Assembly: GCA_965227835.1 (NCBI GenBank)
Contig: OZ245768.1
Span: forward strand, 390,001 to 422,000
DNA from: Candidatus Saccharimonadota bacterium
GTDB lineage: Bacteria > Patescibacteriota > Gracilibacteria > BD1-5 > UBA6164
Reading direction: 5' to 3'
DNA length: 32,000 nucleotides
Shown here piece by piece: positions 1 to 9,942 of the stretch; position 1 is the first letter of the stretch; every line of letters starts with the position of its first letter. The translations under genes and the position numbers were made by a program. A model generated the notes under the pieces. It was not told the origin of the DNA. It made no database searches and saw nothing but the letters and a program-made list of their open reading frames with translations.

Positions 1-1
1 T

Positions 2-319
2 ATATATTGAGAAGAGTTTCCAAGCCTCGTTTATGAAAAATATTGAGAGAATTCAAAAGATTTTAAAAAATATTTAAAATCAATAAATAATAAATTAATA
101 AATATTCCAAAATGCTTATGATGAACTTGAATTTATCAAAAATATAATGATTTAAAACAAAGAAATACTTTAGAGGATTATACCTATAAATATATTAAGA
201 ATTTATATATAAAGAAATCTTTAAATTGTAAAAAATGTAAATATAATAATAAATGTGAAGGAATTCATATAAATTTTATAAGAAGTTATGGTTTTAGTAT
301 TTTACAACCAATTAGGTAG
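2..319 (+). CDS. radical SAM/SPASM-like protein, C-terminal fragment (5' end outside window)
   Basis: Frame is open from the window edge under table 25, with 5 in-frame TGA. The tail ...PKCLGGTGIYQKY...NCKKCKYNNKCEGIHINFIRSYGF is Cys-rich (CxxCx5CxG) and paralogous to the tail of the next gene (CKSCDLNSICSGIY). TAG stop at 317-319; length is divisible by 3. Confidence 0.6.
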
Positions 320-412
320 TTTTATCATATCATTTTTACTTTTTTTACCCGATTATAAGTTTAAATGTAGTTATTAAAAATTAAATTATATATCAATTAA
401 CTATAAATTTAA

Positions 413-1357
413 ATGGCAAATATTTGATACATACAAGTAAATAGACATTGTAATAATGCATGTCATTTTTGTAGTAATCCAAGTAATGGGAATAATATTA
501 GCTATGAAAGATGAATATATCTTATAGATGATTTTGTAAAAAGATGATATAGATGAATAATATTCACATGATGAGAGCCAACACTTTCACCAGATTTGCC
601 TAACTGGCTTGCATATACAAGGGAAAAATGAATAGAAAATAGAATGATATCTAACTGAATGATGTGTTCAAATTCGAAATTTATGAAAAATTTAGCCGAA
701 TCTTGATTAGAATTAGTTCATTTTTCTGTTTATTCTTGTTTTTCTAAAATTCATGATTTTTTGACAGATACACCTGGAAGCTGGGAAAAATTAATAAAAT
801 CTATAACAAATGCTTTAAACAATTGAGTAAGAGTTCAAATAAACACAGTTATTAATCATTATAATGAAAATCATTTAGATAAAACAATAAAATTTTTGAC
901 TAAAACCTTTCCTCCTATAACTCATTTTGTTTGGAATAATTTAGATCCACTTATGATGAGAAAAACTGGCACTGCTTGGTCTACATTGCCAGATTTTGAT
1001 AATTTTAAAGAATCCTTAAAAAAAGCAACATATTATTTAACTGTAACTTGAAGAACTTTTAGAGTTGAAAGAGTTCCTCTTTGTTATATGAATTGATTTG
1101 AATGGGCTTCTACAGAAACTAGAAAAATTGTAAAAAATGAAGAAAGAATAGTTCATTTTTTAGATGATAGAGAAACTATTAGGCAGTATTGAAAACACTG
1201 GGAGCATAATAAGTTAGACTGATGTAAAAGTTGTGATTTAAATAGTATATGTTCATGAATTTATGAATACAGAAAATATTATAATTATGTAAACGTTTAT
1301 CCTCAAAAATTAAATAAAAAAGAAAAACAAGATATAATAAACAAGATAAATATTTAA
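413..1357 (+). CDS. radical SAM protein (CxxxCxxC; Cys-rich C-terminal tail)
   Basis: ATG at 413. The N-terminus MANIGYIQVNRHCNNACHFCSNPSN carries the CxxxCxxC 4Fe-4S motif. IFTGGEPTL is the GGE SAM-binding motif, and both Gly are TGA. C-terminal motif is CKSCDLNSICSGIY. TAA at 1355-1357. 315 codons translated triplet by triplet, with no TAA/TAG and many in-frame TGA. Confidence 0.85.
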
Positions 1358-2731
1358 TTATTTTATAAATTCACTTTCAAAGATTTCTAAAAATAATTTT
1401 GTTATATAGCTAATTATACTATTTCAAAAAATAAATGTAATTACAAATGAAGCTACAATATATGGCGCAAAAGAAAAAGTTCTTAATATTTTTAAATTTT
1501 TTATTTTCATAAATCAATTTGTTTTTTTTTCAATATGGTGATTATTTACCAAGCTAAAAGATTTTTTTATTAATAAGGAAGTTTCTTTATCTATAGGATT
1601 TGATATTTTTGAAAAGTATAATCATGGGTTAGGGTATAATAGATAGTTTTTTTTCTTTTTTTCTTTTTCATTAGGTTCAATATATCATAAAATAGCTTGC
1701 CTCCCCAACATCTTAACCAAATATTCTTTATCCACAATATCACCCTCTTTCAAATCTCTTATATTAATAAATTTCATCTCAGAAATATGAAAAGTAATCT
1801 TATAAGCATAAAAAAGAACTCTAAAAATAATATATATTCATATATATAAAGTAAAAATTAAAAACAAGTACCCTAAAATTTCACTTGGATTTTTGATATA
1901 CTCATAAAATACAAAACCCAATAAAATAATAAATAAAATGACCAAAAACACATTTCAAACTAAATCTAGTCTTAACTTCAACCTATTAGATAAATATTTT
2001 TTAATTCTAACAACTAAAAATTTAAATAAATACAATCATCCAATAAAAATACCAACCAAAGCAAAAATTAAATAAAAATGATATTTTTCAAATATATTCC
2101 CTTCTCCTATAAGGAGAGGGTTTAGGGGTGAGGTTTTTAAACTATCAAACAAATAAACCCTACTGAGTCTAATACTTACAAAAATAAGTAAAAATACCAC
2201 TAACCATTTTAAAATTATAGACAGAGATTTTCATCATTTATTATTTTTATAAATTTTCCACCTATCCCACAAATCATTTTTTATCTGATAAAAAAGAGAC
2301 TTTACATATCATTTTTGAAAAATACATCTTCCCAAATAAAACCGAATAAAATACAAAAACATATAGGTCAAAACTATAATGGCTAAGTTACCAATAAAAG
2401 ATATTACTCAAATATGAGGAATAAAAAGAGATAAAACTAATAAATACTTAGCATCTCAAGCTGACCAAATTCAAAAATAATACAATATAAAACTTACAAA
2501 AAAAGTTAGAAATATTTGTAAAAATAAGTATAAAATCTTAACATGACTTAAATCTATAAAAGGTATAAGATTATAAAAATTGAAAATAAAAATATAATAA
2601 AAAGGCACAATAACAATTAAATATCCCAAATAAATATTGGGGATTTTTTTTTCTTTTAAATCTGAATTAACAATTCTGTAGTTTAAATACAGAAATAAGA
2701 CTACAATAATTATAATAGGAATATAAATCAT
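1358..2731 (-). CDS. polytopic membrane protein with A24 prepilin-peptidase-like N-terminal domain
   Basis: ORF-track fragment 2471..2731 reads through in-frame TGAs into a single 458-codon ORF, checked codon by codon. Its TAA (1358-1360) abuts the TAA of the convergent radical-SAM gene inside the palindrome TAATTA (1355-1360). There are many hydrophobic spans. NSDLKEKKIPN and FGIWSAGDAKYLLVLSLF resemble the two catalytic-Asp motifs (D..[RK].IPN and G.GD.KL) of A24 peptidases of the CpaA/TadV/FlaK type. The C-terminal half is unassigned. Confidence 0.6.
2099..2131 (-). repeat. short palindromic GEG-type repeat element, copy 1 (inside the membrane-protein CDS)
   Basis: cccttctcctataaggagagggtttaggggtga. 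Its reverse complement, tcacccctaaaccctctccttataggagaaggg, aligns at about 28/34 positions with tcaccccccaatccctctccttagaggagagggg at 31392-31425. The core is an inverted repeat (ctctcctta.aggagag). It is translated in frame as ...TSPLNPLLIGEG... Confidence 0.6.
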
Positions 2732-2759
2732 TTTGAATTTTATAAACTAGCTAAAAGAA

Positions 2760-3998
2760 TTAAAACTCTTGGATATTATTTAAAAATTCCAAGAAATTTA
2801 CAATTTTTAATCATTTTACTTCAAAATAGGTTTCAGTTTTATAATATACAAGATATTTATGAGAAAAATTACAAGCAAGCAATCACTTAGTTTCTCTATC
2901 TAAATTTTCTATATTTAAATCATAACAAACTTGCACTCAAATATTTTTATCAAGAACAATAAAATCAATTTCGTAATCTTTGTTTTTCATATAAGACACA
3001 TCATCAAATTTCTTATTAAGTTCATTCCATACTGCATTTTCAAATCTTTGTCATAAATTTTCCAAAAGAAGTATGTTATTGTATCATAAGTCATAAAAAA
3101 AGAATTTCTTTGATCATTTTTTATATTTATCTAAAAACTCTTTTATAAAAAATATTTCTTTCAGGTATTCTATGTAATTATAAATGGTTTGTTTTCAGAT
3201 TTTAAGATTTTGTGATTTCAACTCATTAAATATTTTGTTTATATTAAATTCTTTTGTAATACCAAGTAATAGTTTCTTTATAAGGTACTTTATTGCATAT
3301 TCATTCTCTATTGAATATTTTTCCAATAAATCTTTATACAATAATAAATTAAAGTATCATTTAATTAATTCATATTTAGTTTCGTTATTTTTAGATAATA
3401 CTATCTCTGGATAAGATCAAAAATTTAGAAATTCACTTATAGTATTGCTTAATAAAGCTAATTGTTTTTCAGTGTATGTGTTATCTATTTTTATGTCTCT
3501 AAAGTACAAAAATTCCATAAATTTTAGTGTATGTACTCTTATGTCTATGGTTCTTCATCTAAATACTGTTGATATTTCACTTGATAATAATTTTGAATTT
3601 GAGCCACTTAGAAATAATTTATATCACTCATTGAATAAATATATTACTATTTTTTTAAAATTTATTAGTTCTTGTATTTCATCAAAAACAAAGAAGGGTT
3701 TTTTGTTTGGGTATAGTTCAAAGAAATTTTCAAGCAATTTTTCTACAGAAAAATCATCATATAGGAATGCTGTAAAATCTATAAAAACTATTTGTTTTTT
3801 ATCTATTTTTTTTTCTTTTATTAGCTTTTTTAATGTGAAGAACATAAAATATGTTTTACCTGCTCTCCTTGGTCATACAAATGTGATTATCTTATTGAGT
3901 TTTAAATATTCATAGTTAAATCTTATTTGTCTTTTCAAAGGATTAATTTCAGAAATTTTCTCTTGTCATCTGAGTATGAGTCTTTTATATTTATCCAT
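2760..3998 (-). CDS. AAA+ ATPase, COG1373 type (AAA_14 + DUF4143-like)
   Basis: 413 codons checked triplet by triplet, from ATG at 3998 to TAA at 2760-2762. The P-loop VGPRRAGKT is at 3852-3875, with its first Gly encoded by TGA. Walker B-like FFVFDEIQ is present. The architecture and motifs are typical of the uncharacterised COG1373 ATPases. Confidence 0.85.
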
Positions 3999-4015
3999 AT
4001 AAGACGGTTTTACAT

Positions 4016-4046
4016 AATAATAGTCTTATTATATAAGACTATTATT
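4016..4046. promoter_or_regulatory. perfect 14-bp inverted repeat between the lysS stop and the ATPase start
   Basis: aataatagtcttat-tat-ataagactattatt, 18 nt upstream of the ATPase ATG (3998) and about 80 nt downstream of the lysS stop. No U-run follows it on the minus strand, so it could be an operator or RNA hairpin rather than a classical terminator. Confidence 0.3.
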
Positions 4047-4124
4047 AAAATCAAGTAAAATTATGTATAAAATATTTTTAATTATTAAAATACATAATTT
4101 GAATATAAATCATTTTTAATTTTA

Positions 4125-5777
4125 TTAGCTTTCTTCCTTATTACTTTTCATAATAGGGAAAAGTATTACATCTCTAAGATTTTCTTGCCCAGTTAGCAAA
4201 GAAACTATTCTATCTATACCCATACCCCAACCTGATTGACAAGGCATACCATATTCCATTGCTAGAACAAAATCATCATCTCATGAAGTTGCTTCTTCGT
4301 CTCATCTTTCTATTGCTTCAGACTGTTCGCTAAATTTTTCTTTTTGAATTTTTGGGTCGACTAATTCTGAGTAAGCTTTTAATACCTCCCATCAATTTAA
4401 TACAAGCTGAAACTGCTCTACTATATTTTCATTATCATCTGATTGTCTTGCTAAGGGTTGCATTGTTACAGGGTAATTATAAACAAAAGCTGGACCTACT
4501 ATATTTGGTCTTAAAACCTTTTTATATAAATAATCTATCATTGTAGAAAGTCCTTGTTTATCTATTCACTCCCAAGTAAATCAAGCTTTTTTTATATCAC
4601 TTCTTAATTTCTTTTCATCTTCTATACCATATTTAGAAATATCAATACCTGATTTATCTTTTACCCCTTCTATATAATCTATTCTATCAAAAGGAGTCTT
4701 AAAATTAACTAATTTTTCCTCTCAATTTTTATCTTTTATTTTCAATTCTCTTTTTATATTCATTTTATCAAATAGATAATCAAACATTTTTTCTGTAAAC
4801 TTCATATTATCTTCAAAATTCCACCAAGCAGCATAATGTTCAACCACACTAAACTCTTGAACATGAGAAGGATCAGATCATTCATTTCTAAAATTTTTTC
4901 ATATTTCAAAAACTCTTTCAAACCTTCAAACAGTTGCCTTTTTTAGGGCTATCTCTGGAGCTATACGAAGAAAAAAATCTTCATCAAAATCGTTGTGATG
5001 TGTTACAAAAGGCTGAGCCGCAGCTCAGCTTGCAGCATTTCCCAAGATAGGGGTTTCTATTTCTACAAAACTATTTTCCCAGTAAAATTCTCTTATTGTT
5101 TTTATAAATTTACTTCTAAACATAAATATATCAAAAGAATCTTTATTTGTTATCAAATCAAGATATCTTTGTCTATATATTATTTCTCTATCTTGAAGTC
5201 AATGAAATTTTTCAGGTAAAGGTCTTATTGCTTTTGATAATATTTGAAATTCTTTTACAAATACTGTCAGTTCTCCGTGATTTGTTAAAAATAAATCTCA
5301 TATAATACCAATATAGTCTCATATTTGGCAAAATTTCTCAGCTATTTTAAATGCAGATTTTGTTTCTCATCATATTTCTATTTCAGATACTAAATTTCAT
5401 TTTTTTTCTTCCTTTTTTATTTCATCGTAATTATTTGAGTTTTCTAATCTATTCTCATATTTTGAATTTCAAGTGTTAAATACAATTTTATCTTTAGCAA
5501 AACAAATTTGTATTTCTCAGCTTTGGTCTCTTATTTTTCAAAATAAAAGTTTTCACATCCCTCTGCTTGATATAATTCTTCCAGCTAATTTATATTCACC
5601 TTTTGCTCAGTTTTCCATTAATTCTTCTGCTTTTTTTTTCTTTTGTTCTAAACTACTTGTAACTATATATTCTATGTCTTGCTTTCATGAAAACTTGTTT
5701 GCATAGCAAATAATTCAAGCCTCTTTCATTAATTTTATTTTATTTTGTCTTTCTAAGCTTTCTTTTGAGTATTGCAT
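4125..5777 (-). CDS. lysS: lysine--tRNA ligase (class II)
   Basis: 551 codons checked triplet by triplet. Conserved motifs: [51 protein letters not shown], and C-terminal [40 protein letters not shown]. Several conserved Gly are TGA. TAA at 4125-4127. The only in-frame ATG before the upstream stop is 5775-5777. Confidence 0.95.
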
Positions 5778-5909
5778 TGATTTATATTTATTTGATGTAA
5801 AAAATAATGTTTTTTCATTTTATTTTTTTTTTTATATTTTTCTAATTTTTTAAATACTTTTTTATTTTATTTGGTATTAAGGTATTCTTAGCTATCTTCT
5901 TAAAAAAAG

Positions 5910-5938
5910 TTGATTTTCTATACTTTTTAGGATATAAT
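5910..5938 (+). promoter_or_regulatory. sigma70-like promoter (TTGATT-17-TATAAT) for the downstream ATPase gene
   Basis: ttgatt at 5910-5915, a 17-nt spacer, and tataat at 5933-5938. A second identical -10 at 5965-5970 was created by the 25-bp direct repeat. Confidence 0.5.
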
Positions 5939-5978
5939 TACTAAAAAAGCATAACTTTTTAGGATATAATTACTAAAA
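5922..5978. repeat. 25-bp direct repeat x2 (actttttaggatataattactaaaa), 32-bp period
   Basis: Identical copies at 5922-5946 and 5954-5978, immediately upstream of the ATG at 5982. The repeat duplicates the -10 box. Confidence 0.85.
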
Positions 5979-5981
5979 TAT

Positions 5982-7148
5982 ATGAGATATTTAGAAAAAT
6001 ATATACTGCAAGATTTACAAGATAAAATGGTTTTCATATGATGACCAAGGCAGGTATGAAAAACTACAATTTCCATTAATATAGCAGATAATAATTTTTC
6101 CAATTATACATATTTAAATTGGGATAAAAAAGAACATAGAAAAAAAATACTTGATTCAACATATGATTTTTGAAGTAAAATAATCATTTTCGATGAAATA
6201 CATAAATATAAGTCTTGGAAAAGACTTTTGAAATGAGAATTTGATGTAAACAGACAAAAATATAAATTTCTTGTAACTGGTAGTGCTAGATTAGATATTT
6301 ATCAAAAATGATGAGATAGTATGCTTTGAAGATATTATTATTATAGGCTTCATCCATTTAGCTTAGCTGAAATACTATCTATAGAGAATGATTTTTCAAA
6401 ATGAATAAAAATACATTTTAAAAATATATTTCCAAAAGATAAATTATTAGAATTAGTTGAATTTTGAGGTTTCCCTGAAGTCTTTACAAAGAAAAACTTA
6501 AGGATTCTTAATAGATGGAAAAAAGACAGGCTTAAAAGAATAGTTTATGAAGATATAAGAGATTTAAATAATATAAAAGATTTATGACTTTTAGAGCTTC
6601 TTGCTTCTATACTAAATACAAAAGTTTGAAGTCCTTTTTCAATAAATTCTCTAGTTGAAGATTTACAAGTTACAAATAAAACTATCACAAATTGGATTGA
6701 TATATTTGAGAAGGTTTATTTGGTTTATAGGATATATCCATTTTATAAATCAAATTTAAAATCACTCAAAAAAGAGCCAAAACTATATTTTTGGGACTAT
6801 ACAGGTTTAAATAATATATGAATAAGAAATGAAAATCTTGTTGCAAATCATTTATTAAAATGGGTTCATTTTTTGACTGATGTATACTGATATGATGTAA
6901 AACTACAATATTTAAGAGATAAACAACAAAGAGAGGTTGATTTTGTTGTAAATATAGACTGAAAAATAAAGTATCTTATAGAAGTAAAAACAAGTGATAT
7001 AAATGTATCTAAGCATCTTTTGTATTACAAAGAAAAACTTGAAGTGAAGGATTGTTTTCAGGTTGTATTTTTAGATAAAGAAATTGATTTTGAAAAACAC
7101 TGAGTAAGAGTTATTTCAGCATCTAAATTTTTAACAGCATTTGTATAA
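5982..7148 (+). CDS. AAA+ ATPase, COG1373 type (AAA_14 + DUF4143-like), second paralog
   Basis: 389 codons translated triplet by triplet. The P-loop FIGGPRQVGKTT at 6039-6068 has three of its Gly encoded by TGA. Other motifs: IIIFDEIHKY Walker B, and LVTGSARLDIYQKGGDSMLGRYYYYRLHPFSL, which is typical of this family. TAA at 7146-7148. Confidence 0.85.
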
Positions 7149-7171
7149 ATAACTCTCTGCAAAATTATTAT

Positions 7172-7193
7172 AGTAAACTAACTCGTGAGTTAG
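7172..7193. repeat. hairpin repeat agtaaactaact-N4-agttag, copy 1
   Basis: agtaaactaactcgtgagttag. It shares the 12-nt arm and partial return arm with the perfect hairpin at 7317-7344. Confidence 0.5.
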
Positions 7194-7238
7194 AATATTT
7201 TAAAATACAATTTTTACTGAAAAGACAATTTTTATTTT

Positions 7239-7267
7239 TTTGTCAACAGAGGACTTTAGCCCTTTGC
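7239..7267. repeat. single inverted, diverged copy of the 36-bp hairpin repeat family seen at 14191-14298
   Basis: tttgtcaacagaggactttagccctttg compared with the reverse complement of the 14.2-kb unit, ttttcaacagaaggctttagcctttt. Roughly 80 percent identity by eye. Confidence 0.45.
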
Positions 7268-7316
7268 TATTGTAAGAAATTTCTATTTTTGAAAAGAGAC
7301 TATCTAATTTATCAAC

Positions 7317-7382
7317 AGTAAACTAACTTACAAGTTAGTTTACTATAAAAAGAAGCTTAAAAAATGGCTTCTTTGTTTTTTT
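7317..7382. terminator. 13-bp perfect hairpin followed by a bidirectional intrinsic terminator
   Basis: agtaaactaactt-ac-aagttagtttact at 7317-7344. It is followed by aaagaagc-ttaaaaaatg-gcttcttt plus gttttttt at 7349-7382. On the minus strand the same stem is followed by a T-rich run, so it can also terminate the gene ending at 7434. Confidence 0.6.
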
Positions 7383-7433
7383 ATAAATTATTCAAATTTA
7401 GAAATTGGTAATGAAATTATCTTTAAAAAACCC

Positions 7434-8630
7434 CTAAAAAATAACTTCTCCATCTTCTTCTCCTGAAGCCAACTCTAGTTTTTCTGCTCCAGGCAAAGCT
7501 TTTCACATAAGTGATTCTAAATCTCAATACATATGAGTAACAGCAAAACTAGCTCTTTCTAGATCTCTTTCTCTTTTTTTCCAATTTTTTTCCATGGCTC
7601 TTCTTTCAGCATCAATTCAAGCTTTTAAATTAGAAAATACATCAACTATCATTGATATTTTAGAAGAAAATTCTTCACTTGTTAAATACTTATAAAGCAT
7701 TTCCATTTTTAAATCTTTTCATTCAACAGATTTTTCTATTTTTGAAACAGAAAGTAGTTTGTCCCTTAGTATGGAAGATACAGCAATTACAAATTCTGGT
7801 GAGCAAACCATTACATCATCCAATAAACCAAAATTTTTAATATCTTTTGGCATTACATAAGAAACTAAAATAGCTATATCTCAGTTTACTTTTAGCTTAT
7901 CCTCTTTTAACTTCATAATCCAAGAATCTGACCAAGCTTTGGTATTTTTTGATTCCCAGACTATAGTTCAAGAATCTTGTCAAAACTTATCTCTAACTTT
8001 TTGTATAATATCTGCTCATTTTACTCAGGTTGGTACATCTTCTATTAAATCAAAAGGGAAGTTTAGTTTTAGGGAAGTTTTTAAATCTTCTTCTGATATA
8101 TCACCTTGTATTTGTTGTGATCATTGTTCAGATTTTCTCTTTAAATCATCAATTGTTTTTTTCATTTGTTCTTGTTGCTTTTGGTACTCCAACTCTTTTT
8201 TTCTATTTTCTTCTTGTATATTTTTTAGTCTTTCTTCTAATTGTTTATCATTTTTTTCATTTAGCTCTTTTGTTATTTGATCCTGCATTTGTCTTTTTTG
8301 TTCATCAAGCTTTCTTGTCATTTCTAGTTCTCTATCTTTTTCCTTTTGTTCTAATTCTCTTTGTTTTTTTCTCATTTCTAATTCTTGTTTTTGTAAATTT
8401 TCTATTTGTTTCTGTTCTTCTGCTAGTCTATTTTTCAAATCCTGCATTTCTATAGAATCTTTTTTAGCTTGTTTTAAAGCTTCAGATTTAGCAAAATCTA
8501 TAGCCTTTTTCCTCATTTCTTCTCTTTCTTTTTCAAATTCTTCTTCAAGTTTTTTTCTGTATTTATCTTGAGATAGTTTATCTAAATCTATTATTGTTTT
8601 ACACGAAGGGCATACTATACTTTGTTCCAT
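7434..8630 (-). CDS. DUF2130-like protein: Zn-ribbon, long E/K/Q coiled coil, PD-(D/E)xK-like C-terminal domain
   Basis: ORF-track fragment 8121..8630 reads through TGA into 399 codons, checked. N-terminal CPSCKT, then about 150 aa of coiled coil. The next stretch is GSQQIQGDISEEDLKTSLKLNFPFDLIEDVPTGVKGADIIQKVRDKFGQDSGTIVWESKNTKAWSDSW, which matches my memory of the DUF2130 consensus (GAD...WESK, an E-x-K nuclease-like motif). TAG at 7434-7436. Confidence 0.75.
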
Positions 8631-8641
8631 TATTGTTATTT

Positions 8642-9760
8642 TTAATATTCTAAATTAGGATAGTTCATATTTACTTCTTGGAAATGTATTCTTTGTCTTT
8701 CTCTTACTGTTTTTATCATTTCATTGCTGGGGTTCATTTCTTTAAATAAAATGTCCATTTCACTTACTACATAATCTATTTCTTCATTTATTTCTTTACC
8801 TAAATCTGTGAAAAGAGCATACTTTTTTATTACTTTTTGTAGGAATTTTGTCTTTATGTAAAAAAGAATTATTTTTTCAAACCATCATTTATCATCTCAA
8901 AGAGCTCAAGAAAGGTATGCTTTCATTATTATATACATAGTAGGGGCAAAGGCATGGTATCATAGAAACACTCAGTGTATATGTCTAGCATCTGGTCTTA
9001 TGGCTGAATAATATTTTTCTTCTTTTGAGTTTAGGATTACTGGATCAAACTGCATAAGTAAATTTAGTTTATTATGAGACGATTCGTGTATTACGGCTTC
9101 CAAATTGTTTATTTCGGGAGTATTTGAATCTATAGTATATCATAGATAAAGATGTCCTACACATTCTTTATAACTAGCTGAATTGTGAATAGATTTTGCT
9201 GTACCCAAGGGTATTATTTTTGTTATAATTTGATTTAGTTCATCATATATTCACCTATCTACTTTTTTTAGAAGTTCAAAAGTTTTTTTATAAACTTCTA
9301 GCCACTCTTGTTTACTTTTTTCTCACCAATTTCAAGCTACAGCTCAAAGTTGTTTGTGTTCTGGATGGGCATCTCTTCAATTATAGGGGTTATTGTCTGT
9401 ATCTGTGAGTCTGATTTGAGTTCAATAAATTTTATCTCATTTGTTTTGTGATAATTTATCTGAAGATATTCATTCCTCTAAAAATATTTCTATTTCTTCC
9501 TTTAATTTAATGATTTCTATCTCTGGGGATGTATTTTCATTTAGACTTATTACTATTCAATTTATCAAAGAGGATATATCTGCATTTAGTATAAAATTTT
9601 TACAATCTTTTTTTAAAAGCTTTTCTATTTCTTCTTTTAATATTCATTTTTCTTGTAAATTTTTTAAATCATCTAATAGTTTTTGATAATATTTTTGAAA
9701 ATAATTTTTTAATAGGGGAGAGTCCTTGGTTCATAAAACATAGTATTTTAATTCTTTCAT
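8642..9760 (-). CDS. HEXXH-motif domain protein (peptide-modification-associated family candidate)
   Basis: 373 codons checked, from ATG at 9758-9760 to TAA at 8642-8644, 11 nt upstream of the DUF2130-like gene start. HESSH is at 9074-9088 in the context NNLEAVIHESSHNKLNLL, followed by RPDARHIHGVFLGYHAF. From memory this resembles the HEXXH-motif domain family found next to radical SAM/SPASM maturases. It needs an HMM search. Confidence 0.7.
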
Positions 9761-9942
9761 ATCCGTTTAAATTATCTTTTAAGTTATATAATTATTATCT
9801 CTTGAAATTATATTATTTTAGCTTTTAAATGCAATAAATTTGAAGAAAAATTTGATATTTTACTTTATTTAAATAGTATCTAGGATACAAGTTTTACTTG
9901 TTTTTTGAATAATGTTATCTTTTTTGTTTTAGGAGGTAAAAA

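Noticed and set aside
7939-8455. Plus-strand ORFs 7939..8280 and 8030..8455, and similar ones at 3445..3915, 14527..14883, 27128..27379 and 29381..29572
   Set aside because: They are shadow ORFs antisense to well-supported minus-strand genes (DUF2130-like, ATPase, thrS, the giant ORF and the acidic protein). Their products are low-complexity and F/L/S-rich.
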